Below, piece after piece: positions 20,216 through 30,258 of a stretch of 64,000 nucleotides of DNA (its first letter is position 1; each line of letters begins with the position of its first letter). The stretch comes from Candidatus Latescibacterota bacterium (GTDB lineage Bacteria > Krumholzibacteriota > Krumholzibacteriia > WVZY01). The DNA lies in contig CAWBQK010000013.1 in assembly GCA_963791045.1 (NCBI GenBank), positions 224,001 to 288,000 on the forward strand, in the 5' to 3' direction. Made by a program: the position numbers and the translations under genes. Under the pieces are notes generated by a model. The model did no database searches and was not told the origin of the DNA. It saw nothing but the letters and a program-made list of their open reading frames with translations.

Positions 20216-20221
20216 GTACTG

Positions 20222-21712
20222 TCAATTGGCGGGACGACCGAGCATCGACCTGATGTCCGAAAAGCTTATGAATCGGAACGCGAAGCTCAATACAAAATAG
20301 ACCGTAAGGAAAGCCGCACCCGACACACAGAGATCAACAAAGCTCTCCGCGGGTCTTATCCGATACGCGAAATACAATCCACAACCCACCGCACCGCCAA
20401 CCAGGAATCTCAGAAACATCCTACCCCAGGGCATAACGTTCCCAAGCGAACAGCCGAGCAGTTTGGCTGATTTCCAGAGAAAAATAGTGTTCTGCAGATA
20501 TACAATGGTAACGGTTGTCGCCGGAACACCCAGCCAGCCAAACTTCTTAAACATGAGAATGCTGAAAAGAACGTGTGCGCCCAAAGCAACGAGATTCACT
20601 TTGAACATAAACGTGTTTCTTTTGAACACCATGAGAACAGTCGTCGTATCAACCGTCGAACGCAAAAAGACAAAAAGGTAGATCATGAAAATCGGTGTCG
20701 CGGCGGCGTATTTCTCGGTAAACAGGACCGTAATAAAAGGACGGGCGGAAACTTCGAGAAAGACGAAAAGCGGCACAAAGAGGACCACCATCTTTAGAGT
20801 TGCACGGCGCCACAAGTCGAGTATTTCACCGAATTCCCCGTTCTTTTGATGCTCCGCCATAAGAGGGAAAACGACGTTCATCACCGAGTTGCGGATGATG
20901 TCCACAAAGGGGAGCTGCGTCACACCAACGGAATACACGGCAAACATTTCCCTGCCGAGGAAGTGGGTGATCACGTACTTATCGGTCTGGCCGAAGACAA
21001 GAAGTACGACCGTCGCAAGCCCGAGCGGCACGGCGTACGATATTTGTTCCTTGAACGACTTGAGCGAACACCCGCGAAGCGAGATCTTGTACGCCGACGA
21101 GCAATACACGAGCGTAAAAAGCGCCTTGGCAAACGCGAAAATCACGAGACCCCAGATAATGAGGTCCACTCTGTGTGTGTACCACGACACACCGATGACC
21201 GTGGCTGCCTGGGCAAAAAATGACAGAGCGAGATAGAGAGATTGTTTCTCAACCTTTTTCTCGGCGACAAACAGCCGCTCCATCACCTTGGATATCATCA
21301 TAAACAGCGTGAACAAGCAAAAAGCCCACATGTATTCCCGCACCGCATCCCCCAGGTCCCCCCGTAGAAAGACGGCCATCGCACCGTAAACAAGCCATGA
21401 AATTCCACCAGTGACGAGGAGGTAAACAAGCGTCTGCGTCAGATACACCGACTTATCGGTCTTGATTTGAGTCCGCGGGAAGTAGTAAAGAAGGCTGGCC
21501 GGAAACCCCAGGATGAGAATAACCGAGACGGTATCGAACAATAGCCAGAATTGACGATATAAACCGTAATCGCTCTGGCTCAGATATCTGGTGTTTATGA
21601 TGGGTACGAAGAAAAGCGCCGCGAATGAAACGAGGCGTCCAAGCGTGAGGATACTGACTTGATAGCTTAAGGTTCGTGCCAAGTCGTTTTCCTGCCGTTT
21701 TTGCAACGACAA
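20222..21712 (-). CDS. Oligosaccharide flippase (Wzx/MOP superfamily)
   Basis: TRYLSQSDYGLY, YAVPLG, QTDKYVI..FLG, about 12-14 TM helices; TTG start. Confidence 0.85.
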   Translation of the reverse strand: MSLQKRQENDLARTLSYQVSILTLGRLVSFAALFFVPIINTRYLSQSDYGLYRQFWLLFDTVSVILILGFPASLLYYFPRTQIKTDKSVYLTQTLVYLLVTGGISWLVYGAMAVFLRGDLGDAVREYMWAFCLFTLFMMISKVMERLFVAEKKVEKQSLYLALSFFAQAATVIGVSWYTHRVDLIIWGLVIFAFAKALFTLVYCSSAYKISLRGCSLKSFKEQISYAVPLGLATVVLLVFGQTDKYVITHFLGREMFAVYSVGVTQLPFVDIIRNSVMNVVFPLMAEHQKNGEFGEILDLWRRATLKMVVLFVPLFVFLEVSARPFITVLFTEKYAAATPIFMIYLFVFLRSTVDTTTVLMVFKRNTFMFKVNLVALGAHVLFSILMFKKFGWLGVPATTVTIVYLQNTIFLWKSAKLLGCSLGNVMPWGRMFLRFLVGGAVGCGLYFAYRIRPAESFVDLCVSGAAFLTVYFVLSFAFRFISFSDIRSMLGRPAN

Positions 21713-21884
21713 GACCGGCGTTCGCGCACCAGTCGGGCTGTTTTGGGTAGCGCCGGTTCTTACGGACGTTCCGAAAACCCGGCCCGTGGACGATATCCCA
21801 TCGCCGACGGTTTTGCAAACACAAAAGGGTCCGCGGCGTGTGCCGCGGACCCATGCCGTTCAAACGATTTCAACCTATACCGTG

Positions 21885-22772
21885 CTAGGCGCTTCCAATC
21901 CGCTTGTCCCACTGGAGGATGGTCTTATACAGCTCCCGGTTTGTTCGCGCGGACGCGAACGCGTCGAGGAACTCCGGCGTCGAACACAGTCTCGCGATTC
22001 TCGCAAGGATCGAGATATGATCCTGCGGTCTGGACTCGTTGCCAATCAGATAGAAAACAGTCTTTATCTTCCCATTTCCCTCCGTTGAGAACGGGACCGA
22101 GCGTTTGAGAGACAGCGCACCGATTATCGGGCGCTCCACGTCGGCGACAAACGCGTGTGGAATTGCAACGCCGCCGCCAACGACCGTTGGAGCCTGTCTT
22201 TCGCGGTGTTCCAGGCGGTCGAGGACAATATCGGTGGTCAACGTCTTGTTCCGTTTGGTCACGAGTTTCGCGATCCGCTGGAACAACCGGCTTTTGTTCT
22301 GGACGATGAGGCCCGTCACGCAAAGCGCAGGGTCGAGAAACTCCGACAAGTCATCGATAACATCTTTTTTCGATTTTTTCTTCTTTTTTGCCGACGCTGG
22401 AAGCGTCGCGCGCCGGACAAATCCCTTTCCCGCCCGGTCTTTGAGAGCCTCTCTCAAATCCGAGAAATCTTCGGGCTCGAGATCACTTTTCATCGCCGTA
22501 ATCATAAATTCGGCGGCTTCGGGTGTTTCCCTCAGGAATTGAATCACGTCCGGGTGAATCTGCTTCGCCGTACCCAACAGATACCCCTCCGAGACGCCCA
22601 GCATCTCGGCGACCTGAACGATTCGAGCTTTGGGAATCTTGTGCTGCCTTCCAGCCTCAATTTGGCTCAGGAACGCGGGCGACACTCCCAATTGTCTCGC
22701 CATCTCCCTCAAACTGATACCCTTCGCCTGTCTGAGAAGTCGAATAGTCGGTCCAAAGGCGATACCTTGCAT
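21885..22772 (-). CDS. XRE-family HTH fused to a PTS EIIA (Ntr/Fru-type) domain
   Basis: SLREMARQLGVSPAFLSQIE HTH; RE..APT..GGGVAIPHA phospho-His motif; HISILARIARL; strong GGGGAGG RBS. Confidence 0.85.
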   Translation of the reverse strand: MQGIAFGPTIRLLRQAKGISLREMARQLGVSPAFLSQIEAGRQHKIPKARIVQVAEMLGVSEGYLLGTAKQIHPDVIQFLRETPEAAEFMITAMKSDLEPEDFSDLREALKDRAGKGFVRRATLPASAKKKKKSKKDVIDDLSEFLDPALCVTGLIVQNKSRLFQRIAKLVTKRNKTLTTDIVLDRLEHRERQAPTVVGGGVAIPHAFVADVERPIIGALSLKRSVPFSTEGNGKIKTVFYLIGNESRPQDHISILARIARLCSTPEFLDAFASARTNRELYKTILQWDKRIGSA

Positions 22773-22807
22773 TTGCCTCCCCTTTCTTGTTAATGTTAGA
22801 CAAACGT

Positions 22808-22836
22808 ACAGTAAACGATTAATAATTTGGTGTCAA
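22808..22836 (-). promoter_or_regulatory. Sigma-70 promoter of the XRE-EIIA gene
   Basis: TTGACA-17 nt-TACTGT; the -35 overlaps the radical SAM stop codon. Confidence 0.6.
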
Positions 22837-24116
22837 GGCAAATCTCCCCGGCGCACGGCTTCTTTAGAGGGATTAAAGTAACCAAATCGCAGATCGGGGA
22901 ATTTTTCCTTTAAGTCTTGGAAGAATTGCCGGAGACCAACTCCCTTCCCGCAATAATCCACGGGAATCGACTGGACGTAAAGCTCCGGATCAATATTCAG
23001 ATTGCGCATTTGTATCAAATCTACACCGCAATCCCCTAAAAATTCCGTTAAAACGCCGATTTCGCCCGGCGTATCCGAAACGCCGGGGAAATAGAGAAAA
23101 TTGAGCGACGTATGTATTTTTCTACGTCTGCAGAGCTTGAGTGTTTCGATTACATCGGCGAATGTGTAACCCCTCGGCCGGTAATACGCCGTGTACAAAT
23201 CCTCCCGCAGCGAGTTGAGACTCACCCGGATGCTGTCGAGACCCGAATCGATCAGTCTATCCACGACGGCGGGCCTGCTCGCATTCGTATTGAGATTTAT
23301 CGTTCCCTTATCCGTTTTCTCCCTGATCAGCCGGATCGCTCTCTCGAGCAAGTCACCATTTACGAGCGGTTCGCCTTCGCAGCCCTGCCCAAAACTGACC
23401 ACGGTGTCATCGACGTTGCCGATATGCCTCAACGCGACCTCTGCGATTTCCTCAGGCGATGGCGGGACTTTCAGCCTGTCGTGCGCCGCTTTGAAAGCTC
23501 CATCCTCCTGCAGTGAAATACATCCGATACATCGGGAATTGCACGCCACACTCGTGGGGAGGGGTGCTTCGTGTCGTTCCAAAAAGAAATTCTGCGCCGC
23601 CCGGCATCCATATACAAGCGCGCATTTCTTGAGCTGGAGAGCCACTCGGTTTTGCCCAAGATCGCCAAGAGCCGACTCGACGGCGACCTCAACCTCTTTC
23701 AGATCAAATCGCCAGGGATCCTGTCTCTCGTCGTCATCCACACGCATCCCCGCCGTCCAGAATCCGTCGTCGGCGAATCCGAGAGCCGAGTACGCAAATA
23801 ACGGAAGCGCCGGGGCGCCGGTTTCAGAGATGTATGCCGCACGGTGGCTTTGCGTATGCGCCGGCGCCATGAATGCCGCCGCCGCATAGACGGGCTTTCC
23901 TTCGAGAGTAGTGAAAACCGCCTGCTCGCCCGTATCCGGGTCAATGCCGATCGGCCGCCTGCCGGGAAGCATCATCATGTCGCTTCCCCGCGGCACCGAA
24001 ATGACGGCGTCCTCCGGCAACAGCTCCGGTTCCGGACCGTCAAACCCGGCGGCGAGAAGACGGGGGTGATCGTACAATCGCCCCTCTGCGTCACTGAATA
24101 CCATTCGTGGCTTCAT
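22833..24116 (-). CDS. Radical SAM protein of unknown function
   Basis: CNSRCIGC (CxxxCxxC), SFGQGCEGEP, NTN, RVSLNS; extra CALVYGC; no SPASM domain; alternative ATG at 24179. Confidence 0.85.
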   Translation of the reverse strand: MKPRMVFSDAEGRLYDHPRLLAAGFDGPEPELLPEDAVISVPRGSDMMMLPGRRPIGIDPDTGEQAVFTTLEGKPVYAAAAFMAPAHTQSHRAAYISETGAPALPLFAYSALGFADDGFWTAGMRVDDDERQDPWRFDLKEVEVAVESALGDLGQNRVALQLKKCALVYGCRAAQNFFLERHEAPLPTSVACNSRCIGCISLQEDGAFKAAHDRLKVPPSPEEIAEVALRHIGNVDDTVVSFGQGCEGEPLVNGDLLERAIRLIREKTDKGTINLNTNASRPAVVDRLIDSGLDSIRVSLNSLREDLYTAYYRPRGYTFADVIETLKLCRRRKIHTSLNFLYFPGVSDTPGEIGVLTEFLGDCGVDLIQMRNLNIDPELYVQSIPVDYCGKGVGLRQFFQDLKEKFPDLRFGYFNPSKEAVRRGDLP

Positions 24117-24213
24117 AGTTCTGAAATGGTGCAGAACGGCGGCCGGTCCCCGCTCTCGGCGGAGGACCGGCAACCGCATGTCACCAATTGATTCGGAAGT
24201 GAAGGACGGGCGC

Positions 24214-25455
24214 CTACCAATCCTGCAGCGCTATATGGGCGAAAACCTTGGCATCCGCGATCGTCGATGAGAGTCTTGAGTGCTCGTTTGGCGTATGGGC
24301 CACCTCATCCTGAGTTGCCCATACCGCGCACGGGAATCCCTTGTCACGGACAAACTTCGCAACGGTGCCGCCGCCGATTCCCATCGGTTTTGGAGTCCGC
24401 TTGCGCAGGTCGGTCATCGCGGCAGCAATCGCCTTGGCCACGGGTGCATCGGGCCGCGTGGGTGGCGCCGCGGTTTGCTGTTGCGGGGACGTCACCTTGA
24501 TTTTGACGCCGTATTTCTTTTCGGTCGCTTTTGCTGCTTTCTTAGCCTCAGCCATCACGTCGGCGAGCTTATAGTTGGGAAGCACACGACAGTCATAGTA
24601 GAGCGTGTCATCGCCCGGGATCGTGTTGACGTTGGGGACATTCGCTTCTTTCTTCGTCGGTTCGAATGTCGACATCGGCGGATCAAAAAGTTTGTCGCGT
24701 TTCTTGAACTTTCTGTTGAGGACGTCGAGTCGCGTCACGAGATCGCATGCCGCACGGTGCGCATTGACGCCCTTGTCCGGTGTCGACCCGTGGGTTTGCT
24801 TGCCCTTCGTCTGGAATTTCAGCCACATGATGCTCTTTTCGGCGACTTCGATCATCGTTCCCTTGGGGTCACCCGCGTCTGGAATGACTATCAAGTCATC
24901 CTTCTTTATGAGGTTCTTATGGTGTTTAAGGAGGTATCCCACACCGTAATCATTTCCCGTCTCCTCGTCGGCGACGAGAATGAGTCCGTACGGAAGATGC
25001 GGTTTGATTCCGTTTTCGGTGAACGCCTTCGCGGTAAGGAGCGATGCCACCATCCCCTGCTGATTGTCTTCACATCCGCGGCCAATGATCTTGTCGCCCT
25101 TGACGACGACCTTCCAGGGGTCGGATTTCCACATGCTCAGATCGCCGGGGGGCACGACATCCATGTGGGTCATAACCCAGACTCGCGGCGAAGCGACTTC
25201 ACCCGGCATCAACGCCACGATGTTGGGGCGGTACCCACAGGGCACGCGCTTGTCGGGAGCATCGTACTGCTTGACGTCTTTGAATCCGATGGTCTTGAGA
25301 TACGCCTTCAAGAACGCGGCCTTCTTGACTTCGCCCTCGCCATCGCTTTCGGGCCCCAGCGCGGGAATTTTGCACAACTCCGTCTGAAGCCGAATCACTT
25401 CTTTTTTGTATCCGTCGATCGTTTTTGTCAGTTTCTTAAGAACCTTGCTATCCAT
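24214..25455 (-). CDS. M20 family metallo-hydrolase (ArgE/DapE-like)
   Basis: HMDVVP, GRGCEDN, DEE, AEK..HGS, GGGT, AH..NE. Confidence 0.9.
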   Translation of the reverse strand: MDSKVLKKLTKTIDGYKKEVIRLQTELCKIPALGPESDGEGEVKKAAFLKAYLKTIGFKDVKQYDAPDKRVPCGYRPNIVALMPGEVASPRVWVMTHMDVVPPGDLSMWKSDPWKVVVKGDKIIGRGCEDNQQGMVASLLTAKAFTENGIKPHLPYGLILVADEETGNDYGVGYLLKHHKNLIKKDDLIVIPDAGDPKGTMIEVAEKSIMWLKFQTKGKQTHGSTPDKGVNAHRAACDLVTRLDVLNRKFKKRDKLFDPPMSTFEPTKKEANVPNVNTIPGDDTLYYDCRVLPNYKLADVMAEAKKAAKATEKKYGVKIKVTSPQQQTAAPPTRPDAPVAKAIAAAMTDLRKRTPKPMGIGGGTVAKFVRDKGFPCAVWATQDEVAHTPNEHSRLSSTIADAKVFAHIALQDW

Positions 25456-25508
25456 GCCATTCTCCTTTTCTCGTTCAAGCCGGGTGTGTGCCCCGGCTCC
25501 ATCCGCGC

Positions 25509-25847
25509 TCAACCCCTCCAGTCGAGGATTCCCGCTTTCTTTGCCTGGTGCAAAAAAAGCCCCAGCCGTTCGTAAACAGGCTCAATCTTATCGCCCAGCT
25601 CGTCCTCGAGCGAGCCACCGATTTCATAAACGGAACGGCGGCCGTCGCACAGACGCCAGACCGCCGTTCCGATTTCGTCGAGGTGCAGAGAGATGGGCGT
25701 ATTCTTGACGAACCGCTTGAATATCCGGCTAAACCAATCGTTTCCGAAACGGGGAACGAGAACATCGACCGTCCCGTCATCCCTGTCGCGGAATTCGCAC
25801 TTCTGCTCCGGAATCATGTCGAGCAGGTTTACTTGCTGTTTAGCCAT
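25509..25847 (-). CDS. PqqD family protein (RRE-like winged helix)
   Basis: LDEIGTAVWRLCDGRRSVYEIG...ERL..FL. Confidence 0.8.
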   Translation of the reverse strand: MAKQQVNLLDMIPEQKCEFRDRDDGTVDVLVPRFGNDWFSRIFKRFVKNTPISLHLDEIGTAVWRLCDGRRSVYEIGGSLEDELGDKIEPVYERLGLFLHQAKKAGILDWRG

Positions 25848-25935
25848 ATCGGTACCGCCGCCGGGCACACCCTCGCGCTCCGACCTCATATAACATTCTC
25901 GATAGGTTCGCGGTTCACACCGCTTCGGCCCCGAA

Positions 25936-27393
25936 CTACTTGGCGTTCTCGAGAACGGCAAGGAGATACGGCCAGAACTTCACCATCGAATCGATGTGGA
26001 GTTTTTCATCCGGCGAATGGACGTCTTCCATCGTCGGCCCCATAGACACCATATCCATCCCCGGGAACTTCGCGCCGATAATACCGCACTCGAGACCCGC
26101 ATGTATGGCTTTAACGTCCGGGTTCTTGCCATAGAGTTTCTTGTACGACGCCTTCGCCGTCTTCAGAATATTCGAATCGAGATTCGGTTTCCAACCAGGA
26201 TAACCGCTGCCCATCTCGATGTCGGCGCCACCGAGTTCGAAGATCGACGCCACGGTCTGGCAGATCTCGATAATCTCGGAGTCCACGGAGCTCCGCTGAC
26301 TCGTTGCGAGCTTAATGACCTTTTTGGACGTCTTGATCACGGCCACGTTTGTCGAAGTCTCGACCAGGCCGGGAATGTCCGCGCTCATCTTTGTCACGCC
26401 GTGCGGGAGAGCGGAAATCGTCCGAATAATTTTCTTCTGGATCGATTTCTTGATGACCTTGCCCTTCTTTACCCGGGGCAGAGTCTCAAGCGTGATCGCG
26501 AGGTCCGGCTCCGCCGTAGCAAGCTCGGCCTTGATCGCTGAATTGAAATCGGCGACCGCCGCGACGGCCTCATCCAATTTCTTTTTCGGAATGAAGATTC
26601 TCGCGTCGGCTTCACGCGGAATCGCGTTGTGCTTGTCGCCCGCGTCGATCTTCGATACTTTCGCGCCGAGTTCGGTCAGGTACATGAGGACTCTGCCGAT
26701 AATCTTGATGGCGTTCCCCCGGCCGGAATGGATTTCCAGACCCGAGTGTCCACCCTTGAGACCCATCACTTTGAGGTCGGCTGCAATCGCGCCGGACGGA
26801 GCGGCGTCCGTTTCGACCTTCCACGTTCCGAGCGTATCCTGCCCGCCGGCACACCCCACGTAGACTGCGCCTTCCTCTTCGGAGTCGACATTCAAAAGGG
26901 TGCGGCTCTGGAGGAAATCGCTCTCGAGGCCGCTGGCTCCATTGAGCCCTGTTTCTTCATCCATGGTGAAGAGAAATTCGAGAGGGCCGTGTTTGAGCGA
27001 TTTGTCTTCCATGATGGCAAGACTCATCGCGATGGCGATCCCGTTGTCCGCGCCAAGCGTCGTTCCGTTCGCCTTGATGAAATTACCATCACGAACGAGT
27101 TCGATCGGGTCCTTGGCAAAATCATGAACCGTGTCCTTGTTCTTCTCGCAAACCATATCGAGGTGGCCCTGCAAACAGATCGATCCGACCTTTTCCTTGC
27201 CCTTCGACGCGGGTTTGCGAACAACGACGTTGCCCAGTTTGTCGGCGTCGGCCTCAAGACCAAGCTTCTTGGCGGTCATAAGAACATACTCGCCCATTTT
27301 TTCTTCATGTTTGGAGCAACGCGGGATCTTTGCGATCTCGGCGAAATACTCCCAAACGCGTTTTGGCTCGAGCCCTTTTATCGCGTTCGACAT
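25936..27393 (-). CDS. pepD: Aminoacyl-histidine dipeptidase PepD (M20C)
   Basis: IPRCSKHE, LQGHLDMVCEK, GTTLGADNGI, DEETGL, GGHSG, IHAGLECG, HSPDE; AGGAG RBS. Confidence 0.93.
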   Translation of the reverse strand: MSNAIKGLEPKRVWEYFAEIAKIPRCSKHEEKMGEYVLMTAKKLGLEADADKLGNVVVRKPASKGKEKVGSICLQGHLDMVCEKNKDTVHDFAKDPIELVRDGNFIKANGTTLGADNGIAIAMSLAIMEDKSLKHGPLEFLFTMDEETGLNGASGLESDFLQSRTLLNVDSEEEGAVYVGCAGGQDTLGTWKVETDAAPSGAIAADLKVMGLKGGHSGLEIHSGRGNAIKIIGRVLMYLTELGAKVSKIDAGDKHNAIPREADARIFIPKKKLDEAVAAVADFNSAIKAELATAEPDLAITLETLPRVKKGKVIKKSIQKKIIRTISALPHGVTKMSADIPGLVETSTNVAVIKTSKKVIKLATSQRSSVDSEIIEICQTVASIFELGGADIEMGSGYPGWKPNLDSNILKTAKASYKKLYGKNPDVKAIHAGLECGIIGAKFPGMDMVSMGPTMEDVHSPDEKLHIDSMVKFWPYLLAVLENAK

Positions 27394-27547
27394 TTCGCTC
27401 TCCTTTCCAAAAAAACAAAACAACAATTTTAAAATTTCTGCCGTACGGGACAGAGTGGGGCTGCCGATTGACGGAAGCCCCACCATGCTGTCCAATGATT
27501 CACGGGGTCCCGGCACAAACGCCGGTCAGACCCTTTTGACCATTTCC

Positions 27548-29563
27548 TTAGTGCGCCGCACTGGGCGGTGCCGGATCATCCGGCGAACCCGCATTGGCGA
27601 GCGGGAACTTCACCAGAATCCATCCAATCAACGCGAAAACGAGCAGGCTGACAACAAACGGAAGCGGGAACGCACCCGATATATTTGGCAACCACTCGTT
27701 GTACCTGATATCGAACATCGCAAGTGCCGCGAACAAGAGGCCAATGAGCGCCTCACCCGCAATAAGCCCAGCGGCAAGAAGCACCCCGACGTTGTCGACT
27801 CGAGCATTCTGCCCCTCGTTGAATTTCCGGGATTCTTTGAATCTGTCGACGATACCCTTGATCACGCCACCGATGAAGATGGCAAATGTCGTCTCGAGCG
27901 GAAGGTACATACCAACGCTCACGATCATCGGGCTTTTTACCTGCATAAGGATGAACCCGAAGCCCATGAGCATACCGACGATAACGAGAGGCCATGCCAT
28001 CTCGCCACCGACGATTCCCCTGGACAGGAGCGCCATAAGACTCGCCTGCGGCGCCGGGAATGCGGAGCCACCAAGACCCTCGCCGCCCATTTTAATATCA
28101 CCCTGATGAAGAATGATAAGCGGGACGAACATGACGAGCGAGGCGACCAGGATACCGATAAGGTCACCTACCTGCATCTTCCACGGTGTACCACCGAGGA
28201 TGTGCCCGACCTTGAGATCCTGTAACATCTCACCTGCAACGGCCGCCGCCACACACACCACCGCGGCAACACCGAGAACCGCGGCAACACCGGCGTCTCC
28301 CTTCATTCCCAGGGCTACCATAAGAATCGCAGCCACAAGGAGTGTTGAGAGCGTGAGACCACTGATCGGGTTGTTACTCGATCCGATAATCCCGACGAGA
28401 TATCCGGAGACCGCGGCAAAGAAAAATCCGGCGATCACCATCACGATCGTCGCGACCAGAGCGGCAAAGAACGACTGGGAGAAGTAAAAATAAATCATGA
28501 AGGTCGCGATGGACGCCAAAGCGATTCCGATCATGATCCACTTGAAGTTAATATCCTGATCCGTGCGAACGGTCGTGTGTTCACTCGTCGCCGCCTTCTT
28601 GACGTCGCTGATCGAACGCTGAAGACCGGTAAAGAGACTCCCTCTCATCCGATAGAGCGTGTAAACGGCGCTGACCAGCATGCCGCCGATCGCGATCGGA
28701 CGAACGATATTAGCCCACACGTTGGTCGCCATATCGATCCACTCGGGATTTGTCGCCGTTTCAGGCATAAGCGTCGGACCGATAAAATACGTAAGAATGG
28801 GCACGAACAATCCCCACGCGAGAAGCCCGCCGCTAAAAGTCAACGAACCAAGCTGGGGGCCGATGATATAGCCGACACCAATGTATGCCGGACTCACACC
28901 GGGCGAGCTCAAGAGCAAACCGCCCTTGCCCGTTGCCGCGGTCGTTGAGTTGAGCGGTATCGCCGTTTTTCCCCATGTAACAAACTTTTGCCATGAGGTG
29001 GCGAACAGACGGAGTTGCGCCAGCGACTGGATTATCGCGCCGACACTCATCGCGCTAAAGAGATACGCGGCGCCGGTTCCACCACCACGTCCCGCCTTGT
29101 GAATCTCGGAAGCGGCGACGGACTCGGGGAACGGAAGCTCGGGATCCTCGACCATTACCCGCCGCAGCAGAGCAACGAACATGATACCGAGGACACCACC
29201 CGCAATCATAATCGCGGAAGACTCGAAATAATGGCCTCTGGTTGCAAACTCAGGCCACAATCCGGCTATAAAAAAAGCAGGAAGCGTAAAGATGGCTCCT
29301 GCTGCGATTGACTCACCGATCGATCCAACCGTTCGGGCAAAGTTTTCTTCGAGAATCGTGCCCTTGAACAACCGGAGAATCGCCATACCGATGACGGCAG
29401 CCGGATATGTTGCTGCGATCGTCATACCGGCTTTTAGCCCGAGGTATGCGTTCGCCGCGCCAAGCACGACACACATGACCAGCCCGATGAGCAACGCTTT
29501 TAGCGTGAACTCTTTCATATCGGAATTCGCCGGCACGTATGGCTTGAACTTTGAATCGGCCAT
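27548..29563 (-). CDS. OPT family oligopeptide transporter (paralog 2)
   Basis: AANAYLGLKAG, FPESVA, GSSNNPISG, LQDLKVG, PAPQA; AAGGAG RBS. Confidence 0.93.
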   Translation of the reverse strand: MADSKFKPYVPANSDMKEFTLKALLIGLVMCVVLGAANAYLGLKAGMTIAATYPAAVIGMAILRLFKGTILEENFARTVGSIGESIAAGAIFTLPAFFIAGLWPEFATRGHYFESSAIMIAGGVLGIMFVALLRRVMVEDPELPFPESVAASEIHKAGRGGGTGAAYLFSAMSVGAIIQSLAQLRLFATSWQKFVTWGKTAIPLNSTTAATGKGGLLLSSPGVSPAYIGVGYIIGPQLGSLTFSGGLLAWGLFVPILTYFIGPTLMPETATNPEWIDMATNVWANIVRPIAIGGMLVSAVYTLYRMRGSLFTGLQRSISDVKKAATSEHTTVRTDQDINFKWIMIGIALASIATFMIYFYFSQSFFAALVATIVMVIAGFFFAAVSGYLVGIIGSSNNPISGLTLSTLLVAAILMVALGMKGDAGVAAVLGVAAVVCVAAAVAGEMLQDLKVGHILGGTPWKMQVGDLIGILVASLVMFVPLIILHQGDIKMGGEGLGGSAFPAPQASLMALLSRGIVGGEMAWPLVIVGMLMGFGFILMQVKSPMIVSVGMYLPLETTFAIFIGGVIKGIVDRFKESRKFNEGQNARVDNVGVLLAAGLIAGEALIGLLFAALAMFDIRYNEWLPNISGAFPLPFVVSLLVFALIGWILVKFPLANAGSPDDPAPPSAAH

Positions 29564-29840
29564 AGTGACTCCTTCTATTGAGGATGAAGTAGGTCGGTTG
29601 TCATCGCGGTTTGATCGGCACAATAACAATCGGCCATGTTCTCTCTGCCCGGACAACCCCGTACTCAGCCAAGGCTACGGGATCAGCACACGGGCTGGGG
29701 CAAACTTCTGCCACCAAAGCGTAACAATACAAACAGGTGACCGGTTGTTCTCGCAAAGCGCGCAACAGCGGACACCATCGGGTTCGGACAAGTGTCCAAC
29801 AAAGGCAGGGGAAATCTTACAACTTGAATAATGTTATTGC

Positions 29841-29869
29841 GTTATATCATTGAGGCGGGACAAAGTCAA
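29841..29869 (-). promoter_or_regulatory. Sigma-70 promoter of the OPT-pepD-pqqD cluster
   Basis: TTGACT-17 nt-TATAAC, about 270 nt upstream of the OPT start. Confidence 0.6.
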
Positions 29870-29907
29870 GCACAACTTCCCAAGAGAACGTCAGTGATGA
29901 CTCGCGG

Positions 29908-30258
29908 TTACTTTGAGAGCAGATGGCTGGGCCCGTGGGTCACTTCGGCGCCGAAATACCCCGCCGCCAGGACCGTGGCGAGAAGCGACAGCCCGGCGGT
30001 GGCGATACCGAAGATCCGGTGGGCGTCGATGGAGAACTTCATTTCTGGCGTAAATGCCCTACCCGAACTCGCCATGAATCCCAAAAGCACCGAGATCACC
30101 GCAAAAACGGCCCCGGTAGTGGGCGCAAAACGCGCCGTCGCGGCAAGTCCGCGTTCCTTTTTGAGCCCGGCAGCCATTTCGGCCGCGGCCGCTATTACTA
30201 TGAGTGCCACGGGAAAATGGACTGCGGCGGGATGAAGATTGCCAAGAAAATCAACCAC
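29908..30258 (-). CDS. DUF2231-like membrane protein (short, possibly internally deleted)
   Basis: LHPAAVHFPVAL, HRIFG, GYFGAEVTHG; GGAGG RBS before GTG at 30258. Confidence 0.6.
   Translation of the reverse strand: MVDFLGNLHPAAVHFPVALIVIAAAAEMAAGLKKERGLAATARFAPTTGAVFAVISVLLGFMASSGRAFTPEMKFSIDAHRIFGIATAGLSLLATVLAAGYFGAEVTHGPSHLLSK

Noticed and set aside
22833-25847. PQQ biosynthesis operon
   Set aside because: Only a PqqD-like gene is present; there is no pqqA/B/C and the radical SAM lacks the SPASM domain of PqqE.
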